DNA of 54,222 bases, counting the filler, from Bipalium vagum (Eukaryota), in NCBI GenBank assembly GCA_037834085.1. It is 3 parts of 3 records of this genome, joined end to end, with 100 filler letters (N's around TTAATTAATTAA, not from the genome) between each part and the next. Parts side by side here need not be neighbours in the genome. Positions count along the whole stretch, not along the records: positions 19,371 to 38,275 come from JBBMKC010015942.1; positions 38,376 to 54,222 come from JBBMKC010142534.1; 1 more part is not named here. One strand, given 5' to 3'. The translations under genes and the position numbers were made by a program. The notes below the pieces were generated by a model that worked only from the letters and a program-made list of their open reading frames with translations, was not told where the DNA came from and made no database searches. The stretch's first letter is position 1, and each line of letters opens with the position of its first letter. Of the stretch, positions 26,601 through 38,583 are shown in pieces.

Positions 26601-26787
26601 TGGACCGTTTTCGATTCTGTCACTTATTCCATCATATGTACTTGTATTTGTACATTGTACCTTATATTATATAAATATATACAGAATGCGTACGATAAAT
26701 TGGCAAAAATGTTATGTTTTTGTAAGAAAAAAAAATTTCAAAATTAACAAATAATATATTTGAAATAAAAATAAATAAAGACGACCA

Positions 26788-27100
26788 TTAATGATTGATT
26801 TGTTCAAAAATGTCTCCTTTAGCAGAAATAATTGTTTCAACTCGACCTCGAAATCTGGAACAAGCTCTAACTAGGTTAACCTTATCCAGTGACACAAATA
26901 CTTTGCTGATCTTTACTTTTAAAGAGCCAATAGTCAATAGAAGAGCCAATAATTTTTTTTCACCATGAAAATACTCTAGAACATTTGTACAAGATCTCGA
27001 GGGCTGTAGTTCGAGAATATCGTTGGAAAATACATTCTCATCCAACATAAAGTCATAATTTGGTTCTCTCGGACTTTTCATTGTTCCCTGAACTGAAAAA
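26788..27100 (-). mobile_element. DD37D (maT-like) transposase C-terminal remnant
   Basis: The ORF tail SLKVKISKVFVSLDKVNLVRACSRFRGRVETIISAKGDIFE matches the maT C-terminal pattern RAC..FR.R.E..I...G..IE. Confidence 0.65.
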
Positions 27101-27869
27101 AATATTACAGACATTAACTGGGAAACAATATTGGAGGTCATAAAAGCTGTGTTGAAATTGTTCAAATCAAAGAGATAAAATTTTTAAAGAAATGATTTAG
27201 AACCCTGGCGACACTGTAAGGAACAGTGGTATGAGGCAATGTGTCAAAAAATAAATTTGCTTCATTACCTTCCAACTATCCATTATCATACTAGTGATTG
27301 AAAAACGTTTATCTGATACTTTCAGTAGGACTCTGACTACAAAACTTTTCCTACTTCAAAATTTCCCTGAACATTTCAGCCCCCATAAAACTCTCTGGTT
27401 ACAGATAATTTCTGTAACGCTTCAAGAATAATTATTAATTTAATATTATAATGATTTTTATCTGAAATCCAACGAAAACTTTAATATTTTGACATCTTAT
27501 TTTAAAAGAATCTTCAGGTCTCGTATTCTTCAATCATGGGTTCCCTAATACTGATTTCTCAAATTAAATTTGTCTGATTTAGATAATTTCTGAACTCGTT
27601 TGACTACAGCCCTCATATCAGATTCTGACAGGTTTGACGTATTTCTTGACACATTCATTGAATTGTCTGATGAAACTGAATTATCAGTCTCAAAAATTTC
27701 CTTCTTTCAAGTCTCATAATCATCAAGATTGTTCTTCAGATTGATCTACTTGACCTGAGTATGAGATCGTCTTGGTAACGTCTTCACCCTCGTGTTGAAA
27801 TTCAATATGGATACTCGATTTTATTATTTCTTTTTTTGGTAATCCTAATAGTTAAAATATTTGGTGCAA

Positions 27870-28187
27870 AATGAGATGTTTTACATCACCTGTCATATTC
27901 ATCAGATATTGGTCCTTCTGATTTCCATTTTGTTGCGCTCAATGAAATCCGTACTTTCTGTGAAGCGGTTCAGTTCCCATAAAGACCTTCAAAATGAATT
28001 ATTGCTGGATTTCTTCCAAAGAACCAGAATTATTTTTCGTGGAATCCATTCGTTGCCTAAAAAAATGACCCAATGTCATACTTGTAAATGGAAAATATTT
28101 TGATTAAATGTTATAATAAATAAATAAAAGTTTTTAAAAACGTCTTTTATATTAAATAATAATCCGGAATCATACTAATATACCTAA
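27870..28187 (+). mobile_element. Mariner (DD34D) 3' remnant with right TIR
   Basis: Frameshifted HLSYSSDIGPSDFH / LRSM...KRFSS..DLQNEL / RGIHSLP. TIR-like ...ATATACCTAATA near 28187. Confidence 0.75.
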
Positions 28188-28199
28188 TATCATGCAAAG

Positions 28200-28660
28200 T
28201 AATCCACTTGTTCCACCATTCCATCAGTTTTATTATCCCTTGTTCAAACTATACAGAAGAGAGCTGCTTCACAACTACCTTTATCACTCCTTCACTTGTG
28301 AAATGAGAACTAAATAGATGAGACTAAATACGGGATAATTGTTGAGTGCAAATTAGTTGGGACTGGTAGCAATTGCTAGCTCGGTTCACATATATAATCC
28401 ATAAAAAGATTTGTGGTGTATCAACTTTCTGGTTACTTGTTGTGTATAGTTGTAAGCAAATTCATGTGATTATATAGAAGTCCAAATGAATAAGTCCTTT
28501 GCAGTTCCAGAATACACTCATTTGATACTTCTAAACTGATGGAGTTAACTTGGCATGACCCAACTGTTGTTAATCAGGTGTCACTACTGAAGGCATTGTG
28601 GCTTAGATTCGGTCATGTAATGATTCAAATTAGTCTCATCAGCGGTACCAAAATCTGTAA
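28200..28660 (-). mobile_element. Ty3/gypsy-like integrase remnant
   Basis: Minus-strand fragments LGHAK, RSDKGS and DGMVEQ resemble the integrase HxG, SDxG and NG.VER motifs, with many stops. Confidence 0.4.
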
Positions 28661-31389
28661 TATGTTTTTTCCATTATCAGACAGGATAGGCAATAAATCT
28701 CCCTTGTAGAAAAAATGAATTATTTCACAACACACATATTACTTAATTGCTCTATTCGATATACCATTTCTTTCAATACATCTTTTTCATTATCACATAA
28801 AATACACTATAACCTATAATCCTACTAGTATTCATAAAATCGCGCAACTGTTATTCTTGTAGAGGTGACAATATTTTAAAATGTGCAACCTTCTAATAGT
28901 ATACCAATGAGAATCCAAGATTGTGTAGTAATACACTGCCATGATCCGTTATCGACATTTCTCCATGTTTTCCATATAAATTTATTTGATGAAATATATG
29001 TTCGACAGTTTTATTTGTTCAGTAATAATTTTTTTTGTTTTTTTGTGTTGAAAATAGTAATAATTGAGTATGGTAATCAATTTTTCTCTCAATTCAATTG
29101 AATTTTTGACGGAGACTCAAAAATCAATAAAAAATCAATGATATAAATAATAAAATTTACTTCTGGAAAACGATTTTAAAAAATCTTGGAAAAAAAATTC
29201 TATAATAAAAAATAATAAAAATCCCCGAAGAGGACAAATACGCAAGAAATATTTCTCGTCAGTAATTATTGTGATAATTTTTATTTAAGGGAGAATCTGA
29301 GAACAATTTTGAAAACGGGAAAATATATCTTTCCAAATTGTTTTCCTCTCAGACAATACTGTTCACATTTCTGATAACATTAGTCGTTCTAAGAAAAATT
29401 ATTTCCCCCTTTTATCATCGTAATTATAATTTGTGCTTCGGAAATGGAAAATTAGCCAAAATCACATTCTTGTAAAGGCAGTTTCATAATTGGAGAAAAG
29501 AATTCATTCTTGAAGAATGTGTCTATTTGTTTTAACATTAAATGTTACACAGCCACTATACATTTGATTATCAATGGTTTCTTATCAAATGTTGACATTT
29601 GTGTTGATAAAACTTTGGAAAAATATAAATAAATGTGACAATCAATTTTTATTAATTATACATCAATTCTGATTAAAATTTTAACATTACCGTCCAAAGT
29701 TGCTGTGAAATAAAAATTCAATTTAATAAAACAAATTTTTTAAAAAATCAATTTTTATTGTGATCATGTTTTGAGATGATGCAAAATTCTATTGACACGA
29801 AACCCTCACCACAATGAATGATAACGGAAATGAATGAAAAAGTCCGAAAAATCTAGTCTTTGTCATCTTACAATGTTACCACGGATATTTCACAACCTCC
29901 TAATTATACCTCCATAAACTTTGAGTTAATGAGAGGAATTTTAAAAAAATCTTAACATAGCTCATGGTTCGTCAAAGAAATTACAAATTGAACCATTTAC
30001 GAGATGATCTCAGCATCATCTTGACCCCATTAATATTTTTATCAGCATTATATGAACATTTAATTCATAAAAGGTCAATTTTTTTGTCTTCCTATACAGT
30101 TGATTTCAATATTGAAGGTTCTTCAAAATAAGGGGAGAGTAAGAAATAATAAAAACAATCCATTTGATATTTTCATTATTAATTGAGAAATATGTCATGG
30201 AAATAACAAGTCCTAATAATAACCTTTGCAGATGAATATCATTCTTAAGGTTATTTTGTATTCAAATTTTAGTTACATTTAAATAAACAACCATCAAATA
30301 TTAATAAATATGTAAATATTAGATCATTGCAAAAGTTGTGTGCCGATGTGTGAGAGCTCTCAATCGTTAATATATCTTTGTATTTGACAGGTTAAAAATA
30401 CCGATATAAATATATTGGATAATATTTCAATACAGCAATTTGTTTGAATAATCGTTTAACATTTCAGCGATAGTTCAAGATAGGAAAAGGGAATCTTGAA
30501 TTATATAAAATTAATAATTAAATGCTTGACATTTTTAAATTACTTCAAACTTTTTAATTTTATTGTTACAATTTGCAAGTACATTGTTGATATTTGTTAT
30601 TGGTTATCAATATGTTCTAATGTGGCTTTTGGGAAAAGGACGAGACAAATAGGCTTGTACTGAATGAAGACAATTGCATGACTTGTGAGTAGAATAACTC
30701 GCAGATCATTAATATGTTAGACTATGGTCTATATTCTAATGATGATCACGGGGTAGCACATATTATCTTATATTTCAGAAGACAATTCTTAAGAACAAGA
30801 TTTCCCTGAAGAGATATATATTAATTAAAAGTGGTGATCCCTCAAACGATTTGTACTAGACATTGATCGCCTGGGACAAACATCCTCAGGACTGCTTCGA
30901 TTTTTCATCATATCTCTAAACTTACTTAATTAATATAAATCGAAAGTAAAATGATGTGAAAATCATTAAGCAAAACCTCAATATTTTTTTATTTTTTATG
31001 ATGATAAAGTATATTGAATGTTTAATAAATTATGTTGGCTCCATCATCAATTCTAGTTTCAATTTTGACAATATTCCGTTCCAGATTTCATACCTTTATC
31101 TTTGTAGTAAATGATGAGAGAATTATATTTTAAAAGATTTTGATATAAGACTTCAGAAGATCAGTCTTACAAGTAAACAAGGTATCTCAAAGTCTTTTTA
31201 ATAAAGTTTGCATTTTTATTTCAGATCCTTTGACATTTCACTTTTAATAGATACAGTGACAGTCCCAGTGATGACAGCAATGGAAATATTTTAAAGAAAA
31301 TTGTAATTTATCATTTAATTAATTATTTCTTATTCTAATTAATTAATAATATTAAATAAATAACTCTTTTTATCTGTTAAAATTATTGA

Positions 31390-32120
31390 AGGCTGTTTAT
31401 AAACCAAGTTTCCAATATTGGAAATCCGCAAAATATATAAATAATTAAAATTATTCAAGTTACATTTTTCTAAGAAATAGAATTTCCAAAATTTAATTTA
31501 AATGTTTAATCTTATTAATAAATCGATTTATGGAATTTAGTTGAACTCAATTCAAATTTAAATACCATTGAAGAAAGAGTGTAAATTGTTTTACTAAGAG
31601 CTGAGATAAAATCAGTAACACAATGCTGACGACATTAAGAAAACCTGATATAGATTAGGATATTTACAGCGATGAGAAAGAGGAGATGAAAACTGAGAGA
31701 CTGATGAAATATTCAAAGTCAACCAGGTCTATGAAGAAGCATGTGAGACATCACTAAGAACTGCTGCTAAGGAAGTATGGTACAATTTAAAACTGTATAC
31801 AATGTAGTAAAAAAATATCTTCAACTGTATTCATACAAAATCAAAAAATTATCCATAATTTACGTGACGAAGACTATGCTGAAAGATTTGCAATGTACAA
31901 ACGCCTTAGTAATGAAATCGACAATAATACATTTTTTCTTCTAAATTTGATTTTCACTATTGAAGTAACCAAAGGATATCCAAGATCTGAATGATATTAT
32001 TCAAATGATGAAAGCTAGAATATCACGAGAAATCTGTCAAAATGTTATGAATGACTTTTTTAATTGCTTACATAGCTGTATTAATTTTACTGGTCATTCT
32101 GTCGAAAAAGATTTTACTTA
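31390..32120 (+). mobile_element. Internally deleted DD41D/rosa-like Tc1/mariner element (same family as 7318-8040)
   Basis: TIR-like GGCTGTTTATAAACCAAGTTTCCAAT resembles 7318. Remnants TSLRTAAKEV and LRDEDYAERFAMY...LIFT. The 3' DNA resembles 7946-8037. Confidence 0.6.
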
Positions 32121-32169
32121 AATAAATAGATGTTTTTGTGTCAAAGATTTCCATTTATTGGAAAGTTGT

Positions 32170-33244
32170 TGGATCAGTCGTTCATACCAGTGTTTGTCTT
32201 TGGAACTGAAAAAACTTGGCACTCTTTTTCTACCTCATCCAAATTATTGAAACAGTGCCCTAGCAGAAAATGTTCCATAGATATGAAAAGATAATAGTTT
32301 GATGTGGACTACAAGCTGGATGTGGTAAAAGTTCAAAGCATCCAATTCCTTTATTTTTGCTTTGTTTTCCTGACAGTTTGAGGTTTCGCGTTATTTTGCT
32401 ATAGTAGTATTCTCTTTCGATTGACCAGTGCTGGATTTTTTTCCTTTAACTTTGTGTACATTCAATCCAATTTAGAGCAGTAGAGGTCTGCGTCAATGGC
32501 CACACTGTTTTACGAAGTTCGAAGTGAATCACGCCTTAGAAATTCCACCAAACTCACAATAATATTTTTTAGAGAACCGTTCTCTCTTTGATACCTGTTT
32601 TGGCAATTGGCCTGGGTCAAGCCATTAATTATGTCAGTTAGGGTTTTCTAGATAGACCCATTTTTCATCTGAAATAAAATTCTGCGTATAAAAAAGATTT
32701 GAAATTAATTTTTGGCATATCTCCATACGCAGTTTTATTTGATTTTCTGTCAATTCGTGAGGAATTTGTCTACATCTGTTTACCTTATTCATTGAATAAA
32801 GATGTTTAAGAACCGAGTTTGTCAAATAATCTTCGAGTGCTGATCGATGGATTAGTTTCAACTGCGTTGCGTATACATCCAAAATCTGTGGTTATCGGCC
32901 TGCCGGGTCGTCATGGATCTTAAATGTGTTTCTGGGTCATACGAATTGAAACAAAGTCCTCACCCTTCACCTCACATATATTTTTGGCCGTTTGTGTTGC
33001 ATTGACATTTTGTTTCCAATAATGCTCTAACAGTACTTTAATTTCCAATTTATCCATATTTCTTCTAAACAAATAAAAGCAGTATATTTACAATAATTTA
33101 ATAAATATTAATTTACCGTCTGATAACGGAAGTTTTTATCTTCAAAATGATATATAATTGTAAAGATTTAAATATTTATATCAATTACAAAATTAATTTG
33201 AAACAGTAAAACAAAAATACAAAAAGACTTATGGACCACCCAAA
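32170..33244 (-). mobile_element. Near full-length decayed mariner (DD34D) element
   Basis: TA-TTTGGGTGGTCCATAAG TIR at 33244. Fragments MDKLEIK.., IPHELTENQIKLRMEIC, ISDEKWVYLENP and a degraded HP.YSPD region, with multiple frameshifts. Confidence 0.85.
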
Positions 33245-33872
33245 TAATATATTAATAATATATAAAAGCAATTTCGAATTCATTATATTATTGTAACAGG
33301 CCTTTTAAAATGAAACTTCTCCATATTCCCTATGAAAGTAAATATTATCAAAATGAAAAAAAGTATTGAAATTTATTATTTATTATCTTTTTGACAAGAT
33401 ATTGCACAGAAAAATATTAAAAACTGCCACCAATCATGTGGATAAACAAAGTGATTTTGAAATTAACAGAATTGTCTAGTCAGCCATGATATTAATAAGA
33501 AATATCTTTGTAACTCCTGGAGAATTATAATCAAATTTCATAAGCTCAATATTTTAATTATTTCCACCAAACAGTACTGAAATATAAAGATTATCTTTCC
33601 TGATCCCGTACACAATGAATTTCATTAGAATGGGATTATACGTAATATTTTCCAATAGATAACCTTTTATCTATAATTGTAATTTTACTGAAAGAATCAG
33701 AAAAATATTTTCGACTGATAAAATTAAATTATTATTATTATTATTATAAGTATTAATTATTTTATATTTTATTTTATATTTATTATTAATCAATTTTATA
33801 TATAATAATTTTATCTAATGATTAGGCAATATTTCTTTCAATGTCCGATATTAAACTAAATAATAATTAATA

Positions 33873-35202
33873 CTACCTCTGTTCAGAAATGATTGTCAGT
33901 TTTGATGTTTTTGTTAAATATAAGAACATTAATTATTAACTTGTCTTTTTTTACTGTATTTTATTTATTATGATCACAGCAAGCTGTGCATTAATTTATA
34001 TTCTCTTAAGTCACGTTTTCTTTGCATAATATGATCTAAAAATTTTACATTTTGAAAAATTTAAAATATTTGTTTTTATTATTGAATTATCAATTATTTT
34101 AAAATTTCAAACTTTGAAACGATGGAATCATGTCAACAAAAGAAAAACCTGTCTGATGATCAAAGAAATGGTATCGTACAATCTCTCTTAGACGATCTAA
34201 AAACAATAAACTCTCCAAAGGCAGTTGCTGAAGAATTTAACAGATGCAATAAAAAATTTCGCGTATCTGGTTCGGAGTTAAAGAATGTGTCGATCAAGAT
34301 AAGAATGTTTTTATTTGGTTTTATTTAAAATGGTTTTATTTGGCGAAGGATAAAATGAATTGAAATGAAATGATACCCAATGAAAATGGACCACATCGCC
34401 ATGTGAAAAGTAAACTCTTTATTTCAAAAGTAATGTTGGGACTTCCACGTTGGGACTTTTGTTGGAATAGAAAATTTGATGGTAAGATTGGTATTTGGCC
34501 TATTGTAGAATATGTTCGTAGCTCAAAGAATCGGTCAAAAGGGACAATTGTAACAAAACCAATTGAAGTAAATTGAGAGATTTACACTAAACTTATAACT
34601 GAAAAAGTGATTCCTGCAATCAAAAGCAAATGGCCAGAGAACAACAAATCCATGCAAATAAAGATTCAACAAGACAATGCTCGTTCTCATGCAAAAGTTG
34701 ATGATGACAAAATCCAAGAAGCCCACCATATAGATGGGTGGAATATTTTCTTAATGTGTCAATTTCCTAATAGTCCTGATTTTAATGTTCTGGATTTGGA
34801 ATATTTTAATTCTATTCAATCTCTTCAATACCAACACTCTCCAAAGAATATCGATGAGCTCATTGATATAGTTCAACGTTCCTGGGAAGAGCAACCGGTG
34901 GAAAAAATTGAGAATATATTTTTGTCGTTCCAAACAGCATTAGAATCATCAATGCTAGTTGAATGTGGTAATACTTATAAATTACAACATATTGGCAAAG
35001 CTGCGAAGAGAAATTTTGGACGACTTCCTGTAATGTTAAACTGCAGCCCAGAGGCAATCAAAACTGCCCAAAATTGTTTAAATACAAATTAATTAATCTA
35101 CCATTGTAAATATTTGCTTATTTAATAAAATGCTCAAAAGAGACAATCATTTTTGAACAATTTTTTTTATCAAAACGGGCAATCATTTCTGAACAGGGGT
35201 AG
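33873..35202 (+). mobile_element. DD39D (plant-type mariner / Stowaway-related) transposon with both TIRs, internally deleted and non-functional
   Basis: About 34-bp TIRs (CTACCTCTGTTCAGAAATGATTG... / ...CAATCATTTCTGAACAGGGGTAG) flanked by TA. Motifs KSK.FISKVM, FDGKIGIWP, RSSKNR.KGT, IPAIKSKWP and IQQDNA...SPDFNVLD, with exactly 39 residues between the last two catalytic Asp. Confidence 0.92.
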
Positions 35203-38200
35203 TAATTTATAAGTTTCTCGTTTATTTCTTTTCATATTTCAACGCTTTTAAATGTTTTACTGCTTCAGTTTTAATGCAGAAATTAAAAATTTTGATCAAA
35301 AATGTCATGTTTTTTGTTATTTGATTTAATATTCCCAAAGGCTGACGTCTTTTCCACGTACCCTTCATATTCGAAATAAAATAAGAATAATAATAATAAT
35401 TCATAATGAAGAGATTGCTTCCTTGACTGGATTATTCTTTGGAATAAGATTTGAAAAGGACAAATAATGATTAATAAAATATATATGTTTTAATTATATA
35501 AATTATTAGATATAATTATTATTTAATATATTATATCTTTATGGCAGAATGTACACATATTTAATTGATCAGAACTATAAATGTTTTATGAAAATATTAC
35601 CATAAAGATAATTAAATGTATAATAAATAAAAAATAACAACAAAAGAAAAATAAAGTTAATCAAAAATAATTTTAGTATATTTATTATCATATTTGGTAC
35701 ATTTCATATTATTATTTCTGGGCAAGTCCTAAAAGCTTTTGGTTTTATTGTCAAACGCTTGAAAATTATTTTAATTTATTTCGTTCTTCCTTTTTTCATG
35801 ATAAACTTTATTGATATTTATTGGCTGCATTAATTATTGAAATAAGTGGTTACATTTTAATGAAAACACAATTATTATTTATTTCCAAATCTTAATAAAA
35901 TGGATCTCAAATTAATAAAGATAAGAGGAATAAATAATTTAGAAAAAATCAGTTATTATTACTTCAGCACGAGTTTAAAAATATCTTTTAATTTGATGGT
36001 CTTTAGGACATAAATGATAAAGACAATTATTATTTATATTTATATTCTTATAAAATCTCTAAGGTGTAGGTATAAATAATTTAAAAATTGGAAAAAATTA
36101 CAAAAAGGAAGATATTCAATAATAATCTTTAAAATGGAATCGAATAATGATTAAAAATTGATGAAGAAACTTTATTATGATGTACCATATATTGTAATAT
36201 TAAATAAATTGTTGTAATCTAAACTAAAACTAAACATTTATTAAATAAATAATAATAAATAATATTAAATATTGAGAATGAAAGAATCGTTTTGAACCAA
36301 CGTCTATGATTGGACAGTTTAGCTGTGAGTCATACGTTCTTTCTTAAAATAAATAAAAATTCTAAAGATTGCCTAAGAATTCTAATTAAGTAATTAATTG
36401 TAATTTAGGGTAGCATGCTACTGATTAAAAATAGTTGTTCTTAAATAGTAGTTGTTCTTAAAATAATATTATTATTATTAATTCTGTTTAGAAAATCAAA
36501 TTAATTAATCTAGATTATTTCTTAAGAATTAAAATGAATAATATTAAAATATTCAAGTCATTATTTCTCTAGAATTGGACATACACGTGACATAAAGATA
36601 GAGATGGTTAGACCTGAAAAATGTCACAAAATCGTTCAAAAGTCCCAAAAATTAGTCATTTCAATTTCTTTTTCTGGTTTACTATTGAATCCTTCTGTTA
36701 ATAAACATGGTTGTATTGTCACTGATTGAAACAATGATTTTCATTGTTTTGAAATATTATCCAGACATTCTTTACTACCAACTTGGACTAAACAGTCTAT
36801 TCATAACTTATAACAAAAACACATCAGTCAAAATTATACTGTATTATTCTTAATACAAGTTTTAGTTGTGCTAGTTTTTTTTAATGTTTTATACGATTTA
36901 TTCAATAATGTGCTAAATTAAAAACTTTACTGAATGATTTTTTTTTCTAATCTTTATCAAAAACATCTACCATAGAACCATTGAGAATCTTCTTCAGCCT
37001 GGAAGGTTAATATGTACCATAAGGAATATATATGTTGAATGGATTTAATGTTTATTTAATAATACATTAGAACTTTTTATTAAAAATTAAATAAAGGAAA
37101 CTTTTTAATTTCCAGAAAATTAATAACCTTCAGAGAGAACCAGCTACTAGAATGTTCAATTAGTCTTATGTCCCTATACTCATATCTGACGATAGATCTG
37201 CATTTCAGAACCGAGGTATGTTTTCTCTGACTTCAACCTGTGAAAACATAGACGAGTCTTTAAATGACTGCTAAGACGCCCACAAGGAGCATCTACGTCA
37301 CAATATATTCACTAAAGTGAAGTTTTACATCAATTAAGCCCTGGGAATTCATAAACCCGTTTGACTCGCTATCATACAAAACTGCTTGTTGATAATTATT
37401 ATTAATAATAATTAAAATCATATGAATATTATGCAGAAATCATATATCTAAAATTATTATTATACTTTCCATAAAATGTCCATGTCAGAATAGAGTACGT
37501 TCTGGACATAGCAACTCAGAATTGTAATAAAAAAAATCAGTACAGAAAAACCCATTCTACGAACAAGGAAGAATAGCCAGTTCAGAGTAAAAGAAAGATG
37601 AAAAAAGGAAATAATTATTGATCTCTTCGGGTTTTCTCTTTCAATTATCTGCTTGCATATTACTGATTTGCACTTTCATATTAGTTTCAGTAGGTATGTC
37701 GGGGGAAATGAAAATAATAAATATAAATAAAATAATTTCTTATATAATAATAATTATACTGATGTAGATGGTCGATGCTCCTAAAGAAGATCGTAAAAAT
37801 TGATTTAAAAGAAATAAAAATACTGTGACTACAATAATATTTGACATTATTTCTCGCTTTGATATCAAAGGAAAAGAGAAAAGACCACAGAAATCCATAT
37901 GTCATACACTAACTAAATTTCCTCTTTAAATTTCTTTGATAGCATTTTTAGTAGAAATAATTATTTATATTTAATTTTCATTTTGAAAATAAAATCCGTC
38001 TTTATAATCTTAAAATATTTTTTTCATTTTCCTACAAAAAATAAACTTTTTTTATTCCATCAATTATCTTGAAAAAATAAAATCAATAAGAAATTTTAGA
38101 TATAAAAATACCTTAACCAAATTAAAACATTTTTAACATTAATAGTGAATATTCTTCTCAAGTTTCGAAATTTGAGACATAATTAATGGAAAAAATATTT

Positions 38201-38275
38201 ATCGAATGTAAATATGCAAATTTATTATTAATATTTTTATTAATATTAATATTATTATTTATTATATTTATATTT

Positions 38276-38375
38276 NNNNNNNNNNNNNNNNNNNNNNNNN
38301 NNNNNNNNNNNNNNNNNNNTTAATTAATTAANNNNNNNNNNNNNNNNNNNNNNNNNNNNNNNNNNNNNNNNNNNN
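38276..38375. other. Artificial assembly gap linker N44-TTAATTAATTAA-N44
   Basis: Identical to 19271-19370. Confidence 0.97.
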
Positions 38376-38583
38376 ATTTATTATGATTGTAGTAAAAATA
38401 AATGTTCTTTTTGTTCTAAAAACGGCGGAAATTAATTAAAACCCCTAATATAACGTTGCCAGTGATACAGGTTAATAGTGCTCATATTCATAATCCCAGG
38501 CACAAACTGATTTTCTCATTTTCACACAACCAAAGATATTTACGGTTGAGAAATGTTCAAAAATAAAAATGATGAACAAACAC

